Notes under the pieces: generated by a model
What the model was told of the DNA's origin: nothing
The model's input: the letters and a program-made list of their open reading frames with translations, nothing else
Database searches by the model: none
Program-made: the position numbers and the translations under genes
Source of the DNA: a virus
Reading direction: 5' to 3' (one strand)
DNA: 64,000 nucleotides
Virus record (IMG/VR): IMGVR_UViG_3300025030_000050
Span: 1 to 64,000 of that record
Shown: positions 30,028 through 40,434 of the stretch, one piece after another
How the letters are laid out: every line of letters starts with the position of its first letter
Numbering within the stretch: the first letter of the stretch is position 1

Positions 30028-32187
30028 ATGAACAGATATCTAAAAATTCAAGACAACTTGTTTCTTGTCCAGGAAGAAATTACAGTAAAAAAGGTTAAAA
30101 AAGACTCTAGACCTACAAATCATATTTTTATTTATGATAGGTCTGGTTCAATGTCTGGGCTTTTAAAGTCTCTTACAGAAGACTTGATTCAAAGATGCAA
30201 ACAAATTCCGGTTGGTAGTACAATTAGCATAGGTTGGTTTAGTTCAGAGAATAATTTTAATTTTATTCTAAAAGGGTTTAAAATTTCAGCAGAAAATGAT
30301 TACAATATTCTTGAAAACGCTATTAGGAAGAATAACACAACTATTGGCCTGACCTGTTTCTCTGAAATTCTAAACGAAACTGCCGATAACGTAATTAATG
30401 ATTTGTCTGTATTTTCAGATAGGTTTGCATTGACATTTTTTACTGATGGATATCCTGTAGTTAGTAATTATAGTAAAGAAAAACAAGATATATTCAGGGC
30501 AATTGAAAAACTTGAGAAAGTTTTAACGGGTTCTCTTCTTGTGGGGTATGGGAATTATTACAACAAAGAACTAATGTCAGAAATGGCAGAACAATTGGGA
30601 GGTTGTTTAGTTCACAGCAGTGATTTGCCGTCTTTTGGAATTGCTGTTGACGATTTTATCACAAGCGTAAAAACAGCAGATAATAAGATTAAAGTCTTAG
30701 TCAGTGAAAAAAGGGGAGATATTTATTTTGGTATTAATGATTCAAATGTAAATATTTATACTCCACGAGAAGGAATCATTAAATTTGCTCCAACAAAGAA
30801 AGGCAAAAATTATTTATATTCAATTGTAAGCACAGAACCTGGTAATGCAGAACTTGTTAAGTTAAGTGATGGTGAAGTAGGAAAAAATACGAAAATTGAA
30901 GCCTTTATTAAAGGCGTTTATGCCGCAGCTTATATATTGGTTCAAAAAACTAAGATTGGCGACTGTCTTGAAATCTTGAATAAGCTTGGAGACAAGGCGA
31001 TTGTAGACGTAGTCGCTAATTCTTTTACCAATGATGAATATGGCAAAGCCGAGAAAAGAATTGCAGATTGTGTAAAATCAGCAAATAAGAGATTTTTGAA
31101 AGGACGAGATGTAAATTATTTGCCTGCTAAAGACGCATTTTGTGTGCTCGATCTTATTGATTTGTTGTGCAATGACCGAGACGCTTATTTTTATCCCAGA
31201 CATGAAGGGTTTGTTTATAATAAAATTGGTGTATCCTCTGTTCCAAAAGATGGATATCCAGAATTTGTTGCGGATAAAGATAATAAATGCAGTTTTTCTC
31301 AAATTGTTTGGAATAAAGACAAGCTCAATCTATCTGTTTTGATGAAACTTAATGGTGTTGTAAAACTTAAAAAAGATTATAAAAAATTTGGATTCGCTTT
31401 TAATATGTTCCCTACCTTTGTATGGCGAAATTATACAATTGTTAGAGATGGTTTTAAAAATGTTAAAGCAATTCCTGTTTCATTCTCTGAACAAACTTTT
31501 AATAAGCTGAAAACTGAGGGTTTGATTAATGAAAATGAAAAATATTCCGACAAGGTTTATGTTCTTGATCTAGCCAATATTCCCGTAATGAATGCAAGCA
31601 TTGCAGAAAACAATACTTCAGCTAAACAATTGTTTGAATTGTCCTGGCTTTCTCTTAATCAGAAAGCCAGTCTTAAAGTATATAAATATTTGCGGGACGT
31701 TCTTTCTCCCGAAAAACAAGTTAGTGAATTTGATGGTTGGAATGAAAAACAGGTGCAATATCTTAACGATCTTTGCATTACAGAAAAAGGCTACTCTCCT
31801 CCTGTAGACAAAATCGAACCTACTGATTTTTATTATACTAAAGAGTTTAAAATCAGTATTAAGAAATTTAGTTCTTTGCCGAAAGTAACTGATGTTTTGA
31901 CTAAGATGAAAAATAAAAAGCCGTTGACTGCGAGTGAAGAGCTTTTTACAATTCCTTTGACTAGATACAATGAAATTGGCAAAAACCAACTAGAATGGCT
32001 TGATAAAAATATTAAAGAACTTACTAAAGAAAACAGAGCCGTTGACAGCAATATCCAAAGGATCAAATTTGCTGTAGTTCTTGGTAATCAATGGTTTGAT
32101 GAGTTTGATAATAGAGATGAATGTGATATGGAGTTGGATAGTGTAATGTTTAGTATCAAGCTTGACACTAAAAAGGTTGAGGTATAA
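30028..32187 (+). CDS. vWA (MIDAS) domain protein
   Basis: DRSGSM and FFTDG MIDAS motifs. Confidence 0.8.
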   Translation: MNRYLKIQDNLFLVQEEITVKKVKKDSRPTNHIFIYDRSGSMSGLLKSLTEDLIQRCKQIPVGSTISIGWFSSENNFNFILKGFKISAENDYNILENAIRKNNTTIGLTCFSEILNETADNVINDLSVFSDRFALTFFTDGYPVVSNYSKEKQDIFRAIEKLEKVLTGSLLVGYGNYYNKELMSEMAEQLGGCLVHSSDLPSFGIAVDDFITSVKTADNKIKVLVSEKRGDIYFGINDSNVNIYTPREGIIKFAPTKKGKNYLYSIVSTEPGNAELVKLSDGEVGKNTKIEAFIKGVYAAAYILVQKTKIGDCLEILNKLGDKAIVDVVANSFTNDEYGKAEKRIADCVKSANKRFLKGRDVNYLPAKDAFCVLDLIDLLCNDRDAYFYPRHEGFVYNKIGVSSVPKDGYPEFVADKDNKCSFSQIVWNKDKLNLSVLMKLNGVVKLKKDYKKFGFAFNMFPTFVWRNYTIVRDGFKNVKAIPVSFSEQTFNKLKTEGLINENEKYSDKVYVLDLANIPVMNASIAENNTSAKQLFELSWLSLNQKASLKVYKYLRDVLSPEKQVSEFDGWNEKQVQYLNDLCITEKGYSPPVDKIEPTDFYYTKEFKISIKKFSSLPKVTDVLTKMKNKKPLTASEELFTIPLTRYNEIGKNQLEWLDKNIKELTKENRAVDSNIQRIKFAVVLGNQWFDEFDNRDECDMELDSVMFSIKLDTKKVEV

Positions 32188-32649
32188 GTTTTATTTAATT
32201 ACAAATTTATCAGTAAAGGGGACCAAATGTATATTTACAAAGTAATGAAGACATACAAATATACAGAATATGTGGAAGTCGAAGCAAATAACGCCGACGA
32301 AGCCGAAGATATAGCGGCTTCGACTGACGGAGAAAATAACAATGACGATTTTTTATATGATTGCAAAGCGATAAGCAAAACTGAAATATCATGAGCAGAG
32401 AATATTTTAAATCGCTAGGGAAACTGTATGAGTGCCCAAACCCAAGTCATGAATTTGTAATTGGGAGACTAGTTGGATCTTGGAGATGGGCAAAGGAATC
32501 GTGGTGTGATATAAATGATAGAGGATATCTTGTTACGACTTTTATTGGGATTACGACTACTGAAACTCCAAATGGATTAAAATTAATAACCATAACGCTA
32601 TGGAAGTTATGTATTTTGTTAGGAATTAAACTGGATAGGGAGAATTAAT

Positions 32650-32893
32650 ATGGTAAAACATTTTTGTGATATTTGTGGGGCTGAAATATCTGGCACTCCC
32701 GCACTTGTTAACCGAATGATGGCAGAAGTAAAAGGAAAAAACATCTACGTTAAAAATAGAAATTATTACAGCAAAAAATAATACGTGGAATGACGGGGAT
32801 TTCTGCAAATATTGTATTATCGACGCAGTTGATAAACTTGATGATCGACCGAAAGTTGTATGTTCCTGTACATCACTGCATCATCATAATTGA
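32650..32893 (+). pseudogene. zinc-finger phage gene interrupted by a +1 frameshift
   Basis: MVKHFCDICG...EVKGK continues in the +1 frame as TSTLKIEII...GDFCKYCIIDA..KLDDRP; break in the A6 run 32736-32741. Confidence 0.6.
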
Positions 32894-33392
32894 AAAACGA
32901 TTGATATAATTAATAGAAGATAAAATATGCTGGTGAATTATGTATTTTATTAGGGATTAAATAAAATAATGAAATTTATAGGACCTAAAGAAAATGTAGA
33001 ACTTATAAGAGAAATAGTAGAATCTCTTGGTAATTATTCACAATACTCTGATTATTGGCGATCAAGACTGAAAGAACCAGGATGCTTGACTAATAAGGTG
33101 TGCTAATGATATTAGAGAAATTCAGAAATTAAGACTAGACCTGTTTAGTCATACCTATAAAAGTTTACGATTTTAATTAAAAAGAGGAATAAATGTGTTT
33201 ATTTTTCCATGATTGGACACGGTGGAGCGATTTTAAAAGGATAAAACAAGTAACAACAGTTATTGACCCTAAGACAAATAAAGAAAAACTATATGGGATG
33301 TTTGAAAGTTGGCAACATAGGAGATGTTTAGATTGCGGTAAGAAACAATGGGAATTGAACGGGAAGCCAAATTGGATTGAAGAGATAATGCA

Positions 33393-33914
33393 ATGAATCC
33401 AGCGCAAGACCGGACCATAAATAAATTTGCCTTAGATGATGAGACTGCAAATATAGGCCATTTACTTTCTGTTTATGACGAGGAATGGAATAAATATGTT
33501 GAAGTCGTGAATAAACTTGAGTCCCAAATCAAGAACATTGAAGAAGAGCAAAAAATTTTAAGAAATCAGTTAATGTTTAAGGCCAAAACAGAATGGGGCG
33601 AATGTGGGTTTGATAAGTCACCAACAGATAAAGTCTCAGAAGCTTATCCATTTACTTGTAAAGAATATATTGATAAGCACAATATCTTAAAATTGAAAAG
33701 AGAAGAATGGGCAAGCGCCAAAACAAAAGCTGAACTTTATCAAAATTATCACTACCAGCTAATAACGAAAGAAAGAGACGTTGAGAGATTGTGGCAAATG
33801 TGGCAAGCCCAATACTTTATTGATTCTAAAAATGGAGGCCAGAACAAACAAGGTCAGGAAGGAATAAATGAATTGACAAACAAATTAAATAGGAAGAAAA
33901 AAGATGGAAATTAA
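33393..33914 (+). CDS. coiled-coil protein, possible UvsY-like recombination mediator
   Basis: helical composition and position near SSB; function is inference. Confidence 0.35.
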   Translation: MNPAQDRTINKFALDDETANIGHLLSVYDEEWNKYVEVVNKLESQIKNIEEEQKILRNQLMFKAKTEWGECGFDKSPTDKVSEAYPFTCKEYIDKHNILKLKREEWASAKTKAELYQNYHYQLITKERDVERLWQMWQAQYFIDSKNGGQNKQGQEGINELTNKLNRKKKDGN

Positions 33915-34373
33915 AGAGATTGAAGGTGGGTTTAAACCAATAAAATTGCAGATTGTATTTAACTCAAAAGAAGAACTAATTGCTTTATATCATAGAATGG
34001 ATGTATCTTTAACTAAAGTAAAAGAATCTGTTGGTGAACTGCCAATATACCCGTTTTATGAAAAAGAAGACAACCACGTTTCTTATAAAATTTGGGAATG
34101 GCTTGATAATAAATTGGATGACTTAGAGGAGTCAGAACAAGATGTTTGAGCTATCAGTCAGCAATGCTTTTCTCTGGATTTTATCAGGACTTATATTTGG
34201 AATAGTTTTTTTATATATTATTCCAAATCTTGTCAAAGGTGTTTTGAATTTATTTTTTTCGATTAAATATTCAAATTATTTTGTACAAAAAATGATTTAT
34301 GAATATACAAAAGAAGGGAAGTCATTTAAAGAAATAGCTAATTTAGTAAATCAAAAAACAAAGGGAGTAAGGA

Positions 34374-35486
34374 ATGGCAACTAAAAGAAGTGCAATGAAA
34401 GAACAGTTGAAAAAGAGACTAGCAGAACAGCAGGCGGGCAAAAACAAAGGCTTGAATGATTTTGAATCGTATTTTGAAGCGCCGGAAGGGTCAAGCCAGT
34501 GGCAGACAAAGGCGGGCAAAGGGAGTGAAGGCACAGACTACGGATTTGACATTATCCCATTTTATGCAGGTTCTAAATATCCAACTAATGGATATAATAT
34601 CAATGAAGGAGATTTGACTTATACCCTTGACGTGTGGGTTCACTTTAAAGTCGGACCCATGAATAAGCCCGTAGTTTGTCCGCTGAAGAATTATAGCCTG
34701 CCTTGCCCTATTTGCGAAAAGCGAGTAGCTATTCTAGCCGAACGTGGTCAGATGGATAAGGAAGAATACAAAAAGTTTAAGAAAGAAAATGGTTATTTGT
34801 ATCCATCCCGCAGGGTTATGTATAACGTCATTGTTCGTAGCGATGAGAAAGAAGAAAAGAAGGGTATCCAGATCTATGAAATCAGCCATTTCTTTATGGA
34901 GAAAAAGTTACAGGAAGCGGCTAAAAAGCCTCGTGGTGGTGGCTTAGTTTCTTACCCTGATCCGGATGAAGGCAAGACTATTTGGATTAATTTTAGCCTA
35001 TCCGGTGAAGATAGTTGGAGTGTAGGAGTTCCGCAATTTGAAGACCGCGATTATATCATTACCGATGAACAGATTGATGCCGCATACAGGCTTGATGAAC
35101 TACTAGTCAGTTATGAATATGATGAAATTTTAGACATGATGAATGTTAAAGCCAGTCATGTTGCTGAAGAAGAAGTTTGTGAAGATGAACCTCCAGTTGT
35201 TAATCGGAGAAAACCAGCACCTAAAGAAGTTAAAGAAGAAGTCGAAGAAAAAGAAGTTGAGCCAAAACATGAACCTAAACAGAGTGAAACCAGCACTTGT
35301 CCACATGGAGCAAATTTTGGCGTAGATTACGATGAATACACAGAATGTGATAATTGTGTTGTGAATGATGATTGTTTGGCTAAAAAAGAAGCAAATGCTA
35401 TTGCTGAACAGAAGAAAAATGAAAAGAAACCCGTACCAAGGCGAAAACTCAAACAGAATGTGGATGACGATGACATTCCGTTTTAA
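34374..35486 (+). CDS. single-stranded DNA-binding protein (gp32-like)
   Basis: VH..VG....VVCP......CPIC, Y.V.VR, DPDEG core; acidic tail ending DDDDIPF. Confidence 0.8.
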   Translation: MATKRSAMKEQLKKRLAEQQAGKNKGLNDFESYFEAPEGSSQWQTKAGKGSEGTDYGFDIIPFYAGSKYPTNGYNINEGDLTYTLDVWVHFKVGPMNKPVVCPLKNYSLPCPICEKRVAILAERGQMDKEEYKKFKKENGYLYPSRRVMYNVIVRSDEKEEKKGIQIYEISHFFMEKKLQEAAKKPRGGGLVSYPDPDEGKTIWINFSLSGEDSWSVGVPQFEDRDYIITDEQIDAAYRLDELLVSYEYDEILDMMNVKASHVAEEEVCEDEPPVVNRRKPAPKEVKEEVEEKEVEPKHEPKQSETSTCPHGANFGVDYDEYTECDNCVVNDDCLAKKEANAIAEQKKNEKKPVPRRKLKQNVDDDDIPF

Positions 35487-35508
35487 TTGTTAGGGATTAG
35501 AATTTAAT

Positions 35509-35601
35509 AAGCCATGGTCTTGCACTGTAATCGCCTCGCAGAAAGGGTAAAGCAAGATGGGGTTAGCGGCGATTTACCTGGTTCGACTCCGGGGTGGCTT
35601 A
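35509..35601 (+). ncRNA. tRNA-like RNA with pseudoknot-like core
   Basis: AAGCCAT/GTGGCTT acceptor, CCTGG-TTCGACT-CCGGG T arm, two interleaved 7-bp helices inside. Confidence 0.65.
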
Positions 35602-35610
35602 TTTTTAATT

Positions 35611-35755
35611 GGTCTTATGGCGGAATAGGTAGACGCTACCAGATAGCTGGTGATCAGGATATGGCTGACAACATATCCTGCGAAAAGTGAGGGAGGGCCG
35701 ACAACGGTGAATGAACTTGAATCCTCTCATGTAGGTTCAAATCCTACTAAGACCA
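35611..35755 (+). ncRNA. 145-nt expanded tRNA-Leu-like RNA
   Basis: GGTCTTA/TAAGACC acceptor, Leu-type D arm, ACCAG-ATAG-CTGGT, two extra helices, GTAGG-TTCAAAT-CCTAC T arm. Confidence 0.75.
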
Positions 35756-37532
35756 TTTTTTAATTTTATAAAAGGAATAAAAATGGAAGAACTAAATTTA
35801 CAAAATACTTTTGTTATTGGTTATGCTATTGAAATAACTATAAATAATAGAAGAGTGATTTGTGTCAAAAATATAAATTATAAGGGTAATTATATGGGAG
35901 ATATAGAATTCACTACAGATATTAGAAAAGCGTTTTTATATTATTCAGAAGAAGAAGCTGTAAAAATGTTAAAATTTGCTAATTTAGATGTTGATGGGTT
36001 TGAAGTTAAGGAATATCATTTACCAATTACCGATTTTATTTAGAAAAGGAGAAAAATTATGAAATGTAATTATTGTGGTAAAAGAATTTGGTTTTGGCAG
36101 AAAAGTCAATCAATAGATATTTTAGGCTCTAATCCTAGACACTATCACTATTTGTGTCTATTTCATAAATTATGGAGCAGTCTTACTGACGCTTCTGGAT
36201 ATTTTGAACGAACTAAAGATAGTGAAAAAAGTTTTAAAATAATGTTTGAGTTGATTAACCGTATTTAGAAAAGGAATAAAATTATGAAATACCAAGATCT
36301 TGTAGAAGAAGTAAAAGCTGAAATGATGGAAGAAAAGAAAGACATTGCCAAAGAAGAAATTAGAGAAAAGCTTGTTGAGATTGAAGTTACTGAAAATGTA
36401 TTGGCTGAGATGAAAGAACAACTAGAGACGATGCTTGATAGAGAAATCTAATGATTATAATTGGTGATAAAAATAGAATAATTTTGCCATATATGTATGA
36501 TGAAGAATCTTTTATTGAACTGGAAAAACCATTCTTGAAAGATTGCCAGATAACTATGGCTCACGACTGTCATGATGTCACCGCGTCTTGGGGCATGTAT
36601 AAAAATTTTATGCCTGGGTTAATTGAACAAGAAGTAAACTTTAGGTTCGCTTGTGATAAAGTTAATATTGTTCCATCTAATACAGCAAAAGGTTGGTTTG
36701 AAAAATTATCGGAAGAGTTATCGGTTAAAGAACTAATGGGAATAGTCAAAAATAAACTAATGGAAAGAAAACATGGGAAAAGATGATTCAAGGATTATGG
36801 CTATTGTTTCTTTGTTTATTTCGAGTTTGGCTGTTGCCACTATGATAATAGAATTTACTTCTTTCAATCATGAGGTTGAAGATTTAAATGAAACAATAAT
36901 GGAGATGAAAAATAAATTAAGTGAAGTGGATCATAACTCAACTTATAGCCAATATGGAGACCTTAAACAAGTTGATGGTAATATTTTTTATTATGGTGGG
37001 GAGCGATTGCCAGTTAACGATGTTGTTGGTATGATTCTTGATGAAATGGGAATGGAAGTTGTTAGCCATAACGGATATGTTTTAGAATCTAAATAAATTA
37101 AAGGAATAGTCATGGAAGATAAAATGACGTTGAAAAATTGTTTAAAGATCATGGTTGATAGTTTAAGAATTCTTGAACAAGCAAAATCAGATTGTGATAC
37201 TGTTTGTCTATCTGCTTGGGACGTACTTATTGAAGACGATAATACAATTGAAGAAAAGGACATCAGTTTTAAAGAAATGCTTAAAATTGCTAAAAGTCTG
37301 GCAAAGAGAAAGTTAAAGAAATTAGAAGAAGAGCACAAAAAATTGGGTCTGTTACTAGAAGAAGTTATGCAAGAAGGAGAAAACAATGAATAGAAAAAGA
37401 AAAGATGGCGAAACATACGAACAATATAAAGCCAATATGAAAGAAGAAAATAGGCTCATCGACATCAAACTAGAAGGCCGTATTTTCTGGAATTCTAAAG
37501 TAAATGGGACATACACAAAGGTTTATAAATAA

Positions 37533-38621
37533 ATGGCAAAACCTAAGAAAACAGAAGACATAGCCGAACAAATTAAAGAAAGTATTGACTCTCCCGTAAA
37601 TGAAGGAATTGGATTATTCGATAGAGGGACAATATCAACCGGTTCTACTTTACTTGATTTGGAGATTTCCGGAAATAGGACTAAAAATGGAGGTTTGCCA
37701 GGAGGGATTATTGTAGAGATATTTGGACCGAGTGGAGCGGGGAAAACAAGTATTTTGGCAGAAATTTGCGCAAGTGCTAAAGCAAATGGGGGAGACTTTT
37801 TTGTGGCAGACCCAGAAGCAAGACTAGACAAAGAGTATGCAAGGATTTATGGGCTGTCTATCGATAAGACAAGGTATAGTAGACCAGATACAGTACCAGA
37901 AATGTTTGAGAAAATTTGGAATTGGGAGCCAAAGCCAGAAAACCCCAACGCTATTTGTGTATTTGCGGGTGATTCATTAGCTGCTTTGTCAACTTCTATG
38001 GAAATGGAAGATGAAGATAAAATGGGAATGCGGAGAGCAAAAGAATTTAGCGAATGGATGCGCAAAACATGTAGAAAAATTGCGAATAAAAATTGGCTTG
38101 TAGTTCTTACAAATCAAGAAAGGGAATCACCAACAGGCGTGACTACCCCTGGAGGAAAAGCTGTTCCTTACTATAGTTCTTTAAGGATTCGTGTCTCTCC
38201 TCAGATGACTAATAAATATATAACTTCCACAAAAACAATTAATGGCAAAACTTTAGAAAAAAGAAAAGGCGTTAGATCAAAGGCTCAAATTAAGAAAAGC
38301 AGTATTGGAGATCCTTATGGAGAAGCCCCGTATTCATTAATTTTTAACTATGGGATGGATGATTTAAGAGAAAATTTGCAATTTCTAAAAGATTTTATCG
38401 AACCAGAAATAGATGCGACAACTGGGAAGAAAAAATCTGTCCAATATCCTTGTATCGATAACACTTTTGGGACTATTGACAAGGCGATTGAATACGTTGA
38501 AAGTAAAGGGTATGAAAAACAAATTAAACAGATGGTTGTTGATAAATGGCATGAAATTCAAGATTCGTTTAAGACAGAAAGGAAGACAAGGGAAAGAAGA
38601 CAAAGGAAAGAGTTTGAATAA
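37533..38621 (+). CDS. recA: RecA/UvsX-like recombinase
   Basis: ISTGS..LD, GGLPGG.IVEIFGPSGAGKT, DSLAAL, TNQER, TTPGGKAV.YYSSLR. Confidence 0.92.
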   Translation: MAKPKKTEDIAEQIKESIDSPVNEGIGLFDRGTISTGSTLLDLEISGNRTKNGGLPGGIIVEIFGPSGAGKTSILAEICASAKANGGDFFVADPEARLDKEYARIYGLSIDKTRYSRPDTVPEMFEKIWNWEPKPENPNAICVFAGDSLAALSTSMEMEDEDKMGMRRAKEFSEWMRKTCRKIANKNWLVVLTNQERESPTGVTTPGGKAVPYYSSLRIRVSPQMTNKYITSTKTINGKTLEKRKGVRSKAQIKKSSIGDPYGEAPYSLIFNYGMDDLRENLQFLKDFIEPEIDATTGKKKSVQYPCIDNTFGTIDKAIEYVESKGYEKQIKQMVVDKWHEIQDSFKTERKTRERRQRKEFE

Positions 38622-38622
38622 A

Positions 38623-39492
38623 ATGGACAAACCAATTATTATCGTTGATTCAAGCTATTGGTTTTATCAGCTATTGTTTAAAATGCCGTCTTTATCTTAT
38701 GAAGATCAACAGACTGGGATTATATTTGGAATGATATCTAAAATAATCCAACACGCTAAAAAACTCGATTCTAATAAATTTATTTTTTGTTTTGATTCAA
38801 AGAAGAATAAAAGAAAGAAGATATTTCCAGAATATAAAGAAAAAAGAAACAAGCAAGATCGGACGCCAGAAGAAATACTTGCATTCAAGAATTCATTTGC
38901 TCAACTAAGTGAATTTAGAATGCAAGTATTGCCTAACCTGGGAATTAAAAATAACTTCATACAAACCGGTCATGAAAGTGATGATATTATTGCTTCTATT
39001 ATTTTTGAAAATCCTGGTCAAGATTTTGTAATTATAAGTTCTGATGAAGATCTTTACCAACTTTTGTCTGACAAGGTAAGTATTTATAATTCAAAAACAG
39101 ACAAATTTTATACCAGGAAAAAATTTATTGATGAATATGGGATAAACCCCTCAGATTGGGTGTTGGTAAAAAAGCTTGGAGGTTGCAAGAGCGATTGTGT
39201 ACCAGGGCCAGCAGGTGGTTATAAAACTAAAACGGCGTTAAAATTTATTAAAAATGAATTGCCAGAAACAAATGCTGTTTATAAAATTTTTACTTCTGAA
39301 GCGGGAAGAGAAATATCAATCAGAAATGAGAGATTGGTGAAGCTTCCACTTGAAGGCACACAAGTATTTGAAATAAACACGGACTGGAAATTAGATATCA
39401 AAGATTTCGTCTATATTTGTGATAAGTACGATTTCAGGTCTTTTTTAAATGGAGATGCTTATGGAAAGTGGCAAACCATTATGTGTGAATAA
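38623..39492 (+). CDS. 5'-3' exonuclease / flap endonuclease (T4 RNase H-like)
   Basis: IVDSS, RKKIFPEYK..R, ESDDII, SSDEDL.QL, GCKSDCVPG. Confidence 0.9.
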   Translation: MDKPIIIVDSSYWFYQLLFKMPSLSYEDQQTGIIFGMISKIIQHAKKLDSNKFIFCFDSKKNKRKKIFPEYKEKRNKQDRTPEEILAFKNSFAQLSEFRMQVLPNLGIKNNFIQTGHESDDIIASIIFENPGQDFVIISSDEDLYQLLSDKVSIYNSKTDKFYTRKKFIDEYGINPSDWVLVKKLGGCKSDCVPGPAGGYKTKTALKFIKNELPETNAVYKIFTSEAGREISIRNERLVKLPLEGTQVFEINTDWKLDIKDFVYICDKYDFRSFLNGDAYGKWQTIMCE

Positions 39493-39646
39493 AGAAAAAT
39501 ACTGGTATTTATTCCACTACGAAGAATGCCCAGTTTGTGGAGCTTCTGAGATATGGAAAGAAAGAATATATGATAAGCCAAAACCAAAAGATTGTGTAGA
39601 TAGAAAAGTTTTTACATATCTAAATTGTTATTGCATAGGAAAATAA

Positions 39647-40225
39647 ATGATTATAGGAATTGATCTTTCTCTTAGAAGCACGGCTATTTGTGCTTTAGAC
39701 TGTCAAAATAATTTAATCTATTTTGAACTTATAAAGTCTAAACCAAATGAAGGAAAGACTAAAAAAGAACAAAATAATGGCCTGCCTATTTTAAATGATG
39801 AAGCCTTGCTTATTTATAATGCAAAATCAATAATTGCTTTTATAAAAATGGCCGAAATGGGGTGGGGTATTGATGGCATTGCAATTGAGGGCTTGAGCTT
39901 TGGCTCTATTTCAGGGAATAAGGACATTATACAAGGCAACTTTTGGTATGTGCGTACAATGCTTTATCAGACTTTTACCAAAATCCCAATTGGCATAATT
40001 CCGGTATCGGCATGGCGCAGTAAAGCCGTAACTAAAGAAGAAAAAGCAAGAGCGAAAGAAAAATATGTCAAGGATTATTTAAAGCATGTAGTTGTAGACG
40101 CTTTGCCAGAAGATGTGAGAACTGAGTTTAAAACCTATATTGATAAAAACGAATACAGTCAAGAAAGTTTATTTGATTTAGCAGATTCATATTTTTTATC
40201 TAAATACAGAAACAGTTTAAGTTAA
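39647..40225 (+). CDS. RuvC-like Holliday junction resolvase
   Basis: IIGIDLSLRSTA, IAIEG, DLADS. Confidence 0.8.
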   Translation: MIIGIDLSLRSTAICALDCQNNLIYFELIKSKPNEGKTKKEQNNGLPILNDEALLIYNAKSIIAFIKMAEMGWGIDGIAIEGLSFGSISGNKDIIQGNFWYVRTMLYQTFTKIPIGIIPVSAWRSKAVTKEEKARAKEKYVKDYLKHVVVDALPEDVRTEFKTYIDKNEYSQESLFDLADSYFLSKYRNSLS

Positions 40226-40434
40226 ATTATGGAAACACAAATAGATTTAAAAATTACAAATCAAATGAAGAAAGAAGAAGTGAAAATACTTTTCCTTGTA
40301 TTGTGGGATATTTTAGAATTATCTGAATCAGGCAGGATTAATCCAAATTATAAGAATAATGAAAAATATAGGCAGTTATATTTTAAATTCGGCCATATTT
40401 TACTGGGCAATGAATGTCCAGAAAGAGAAGTCAA

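Noticed and set aside
35509-35755. tmRNA or tRNA-Sec
   Set aside because: No G3-U70, no tag reading frame, no TCA anticodon loop; there are two separate T arms and acceptor stems.
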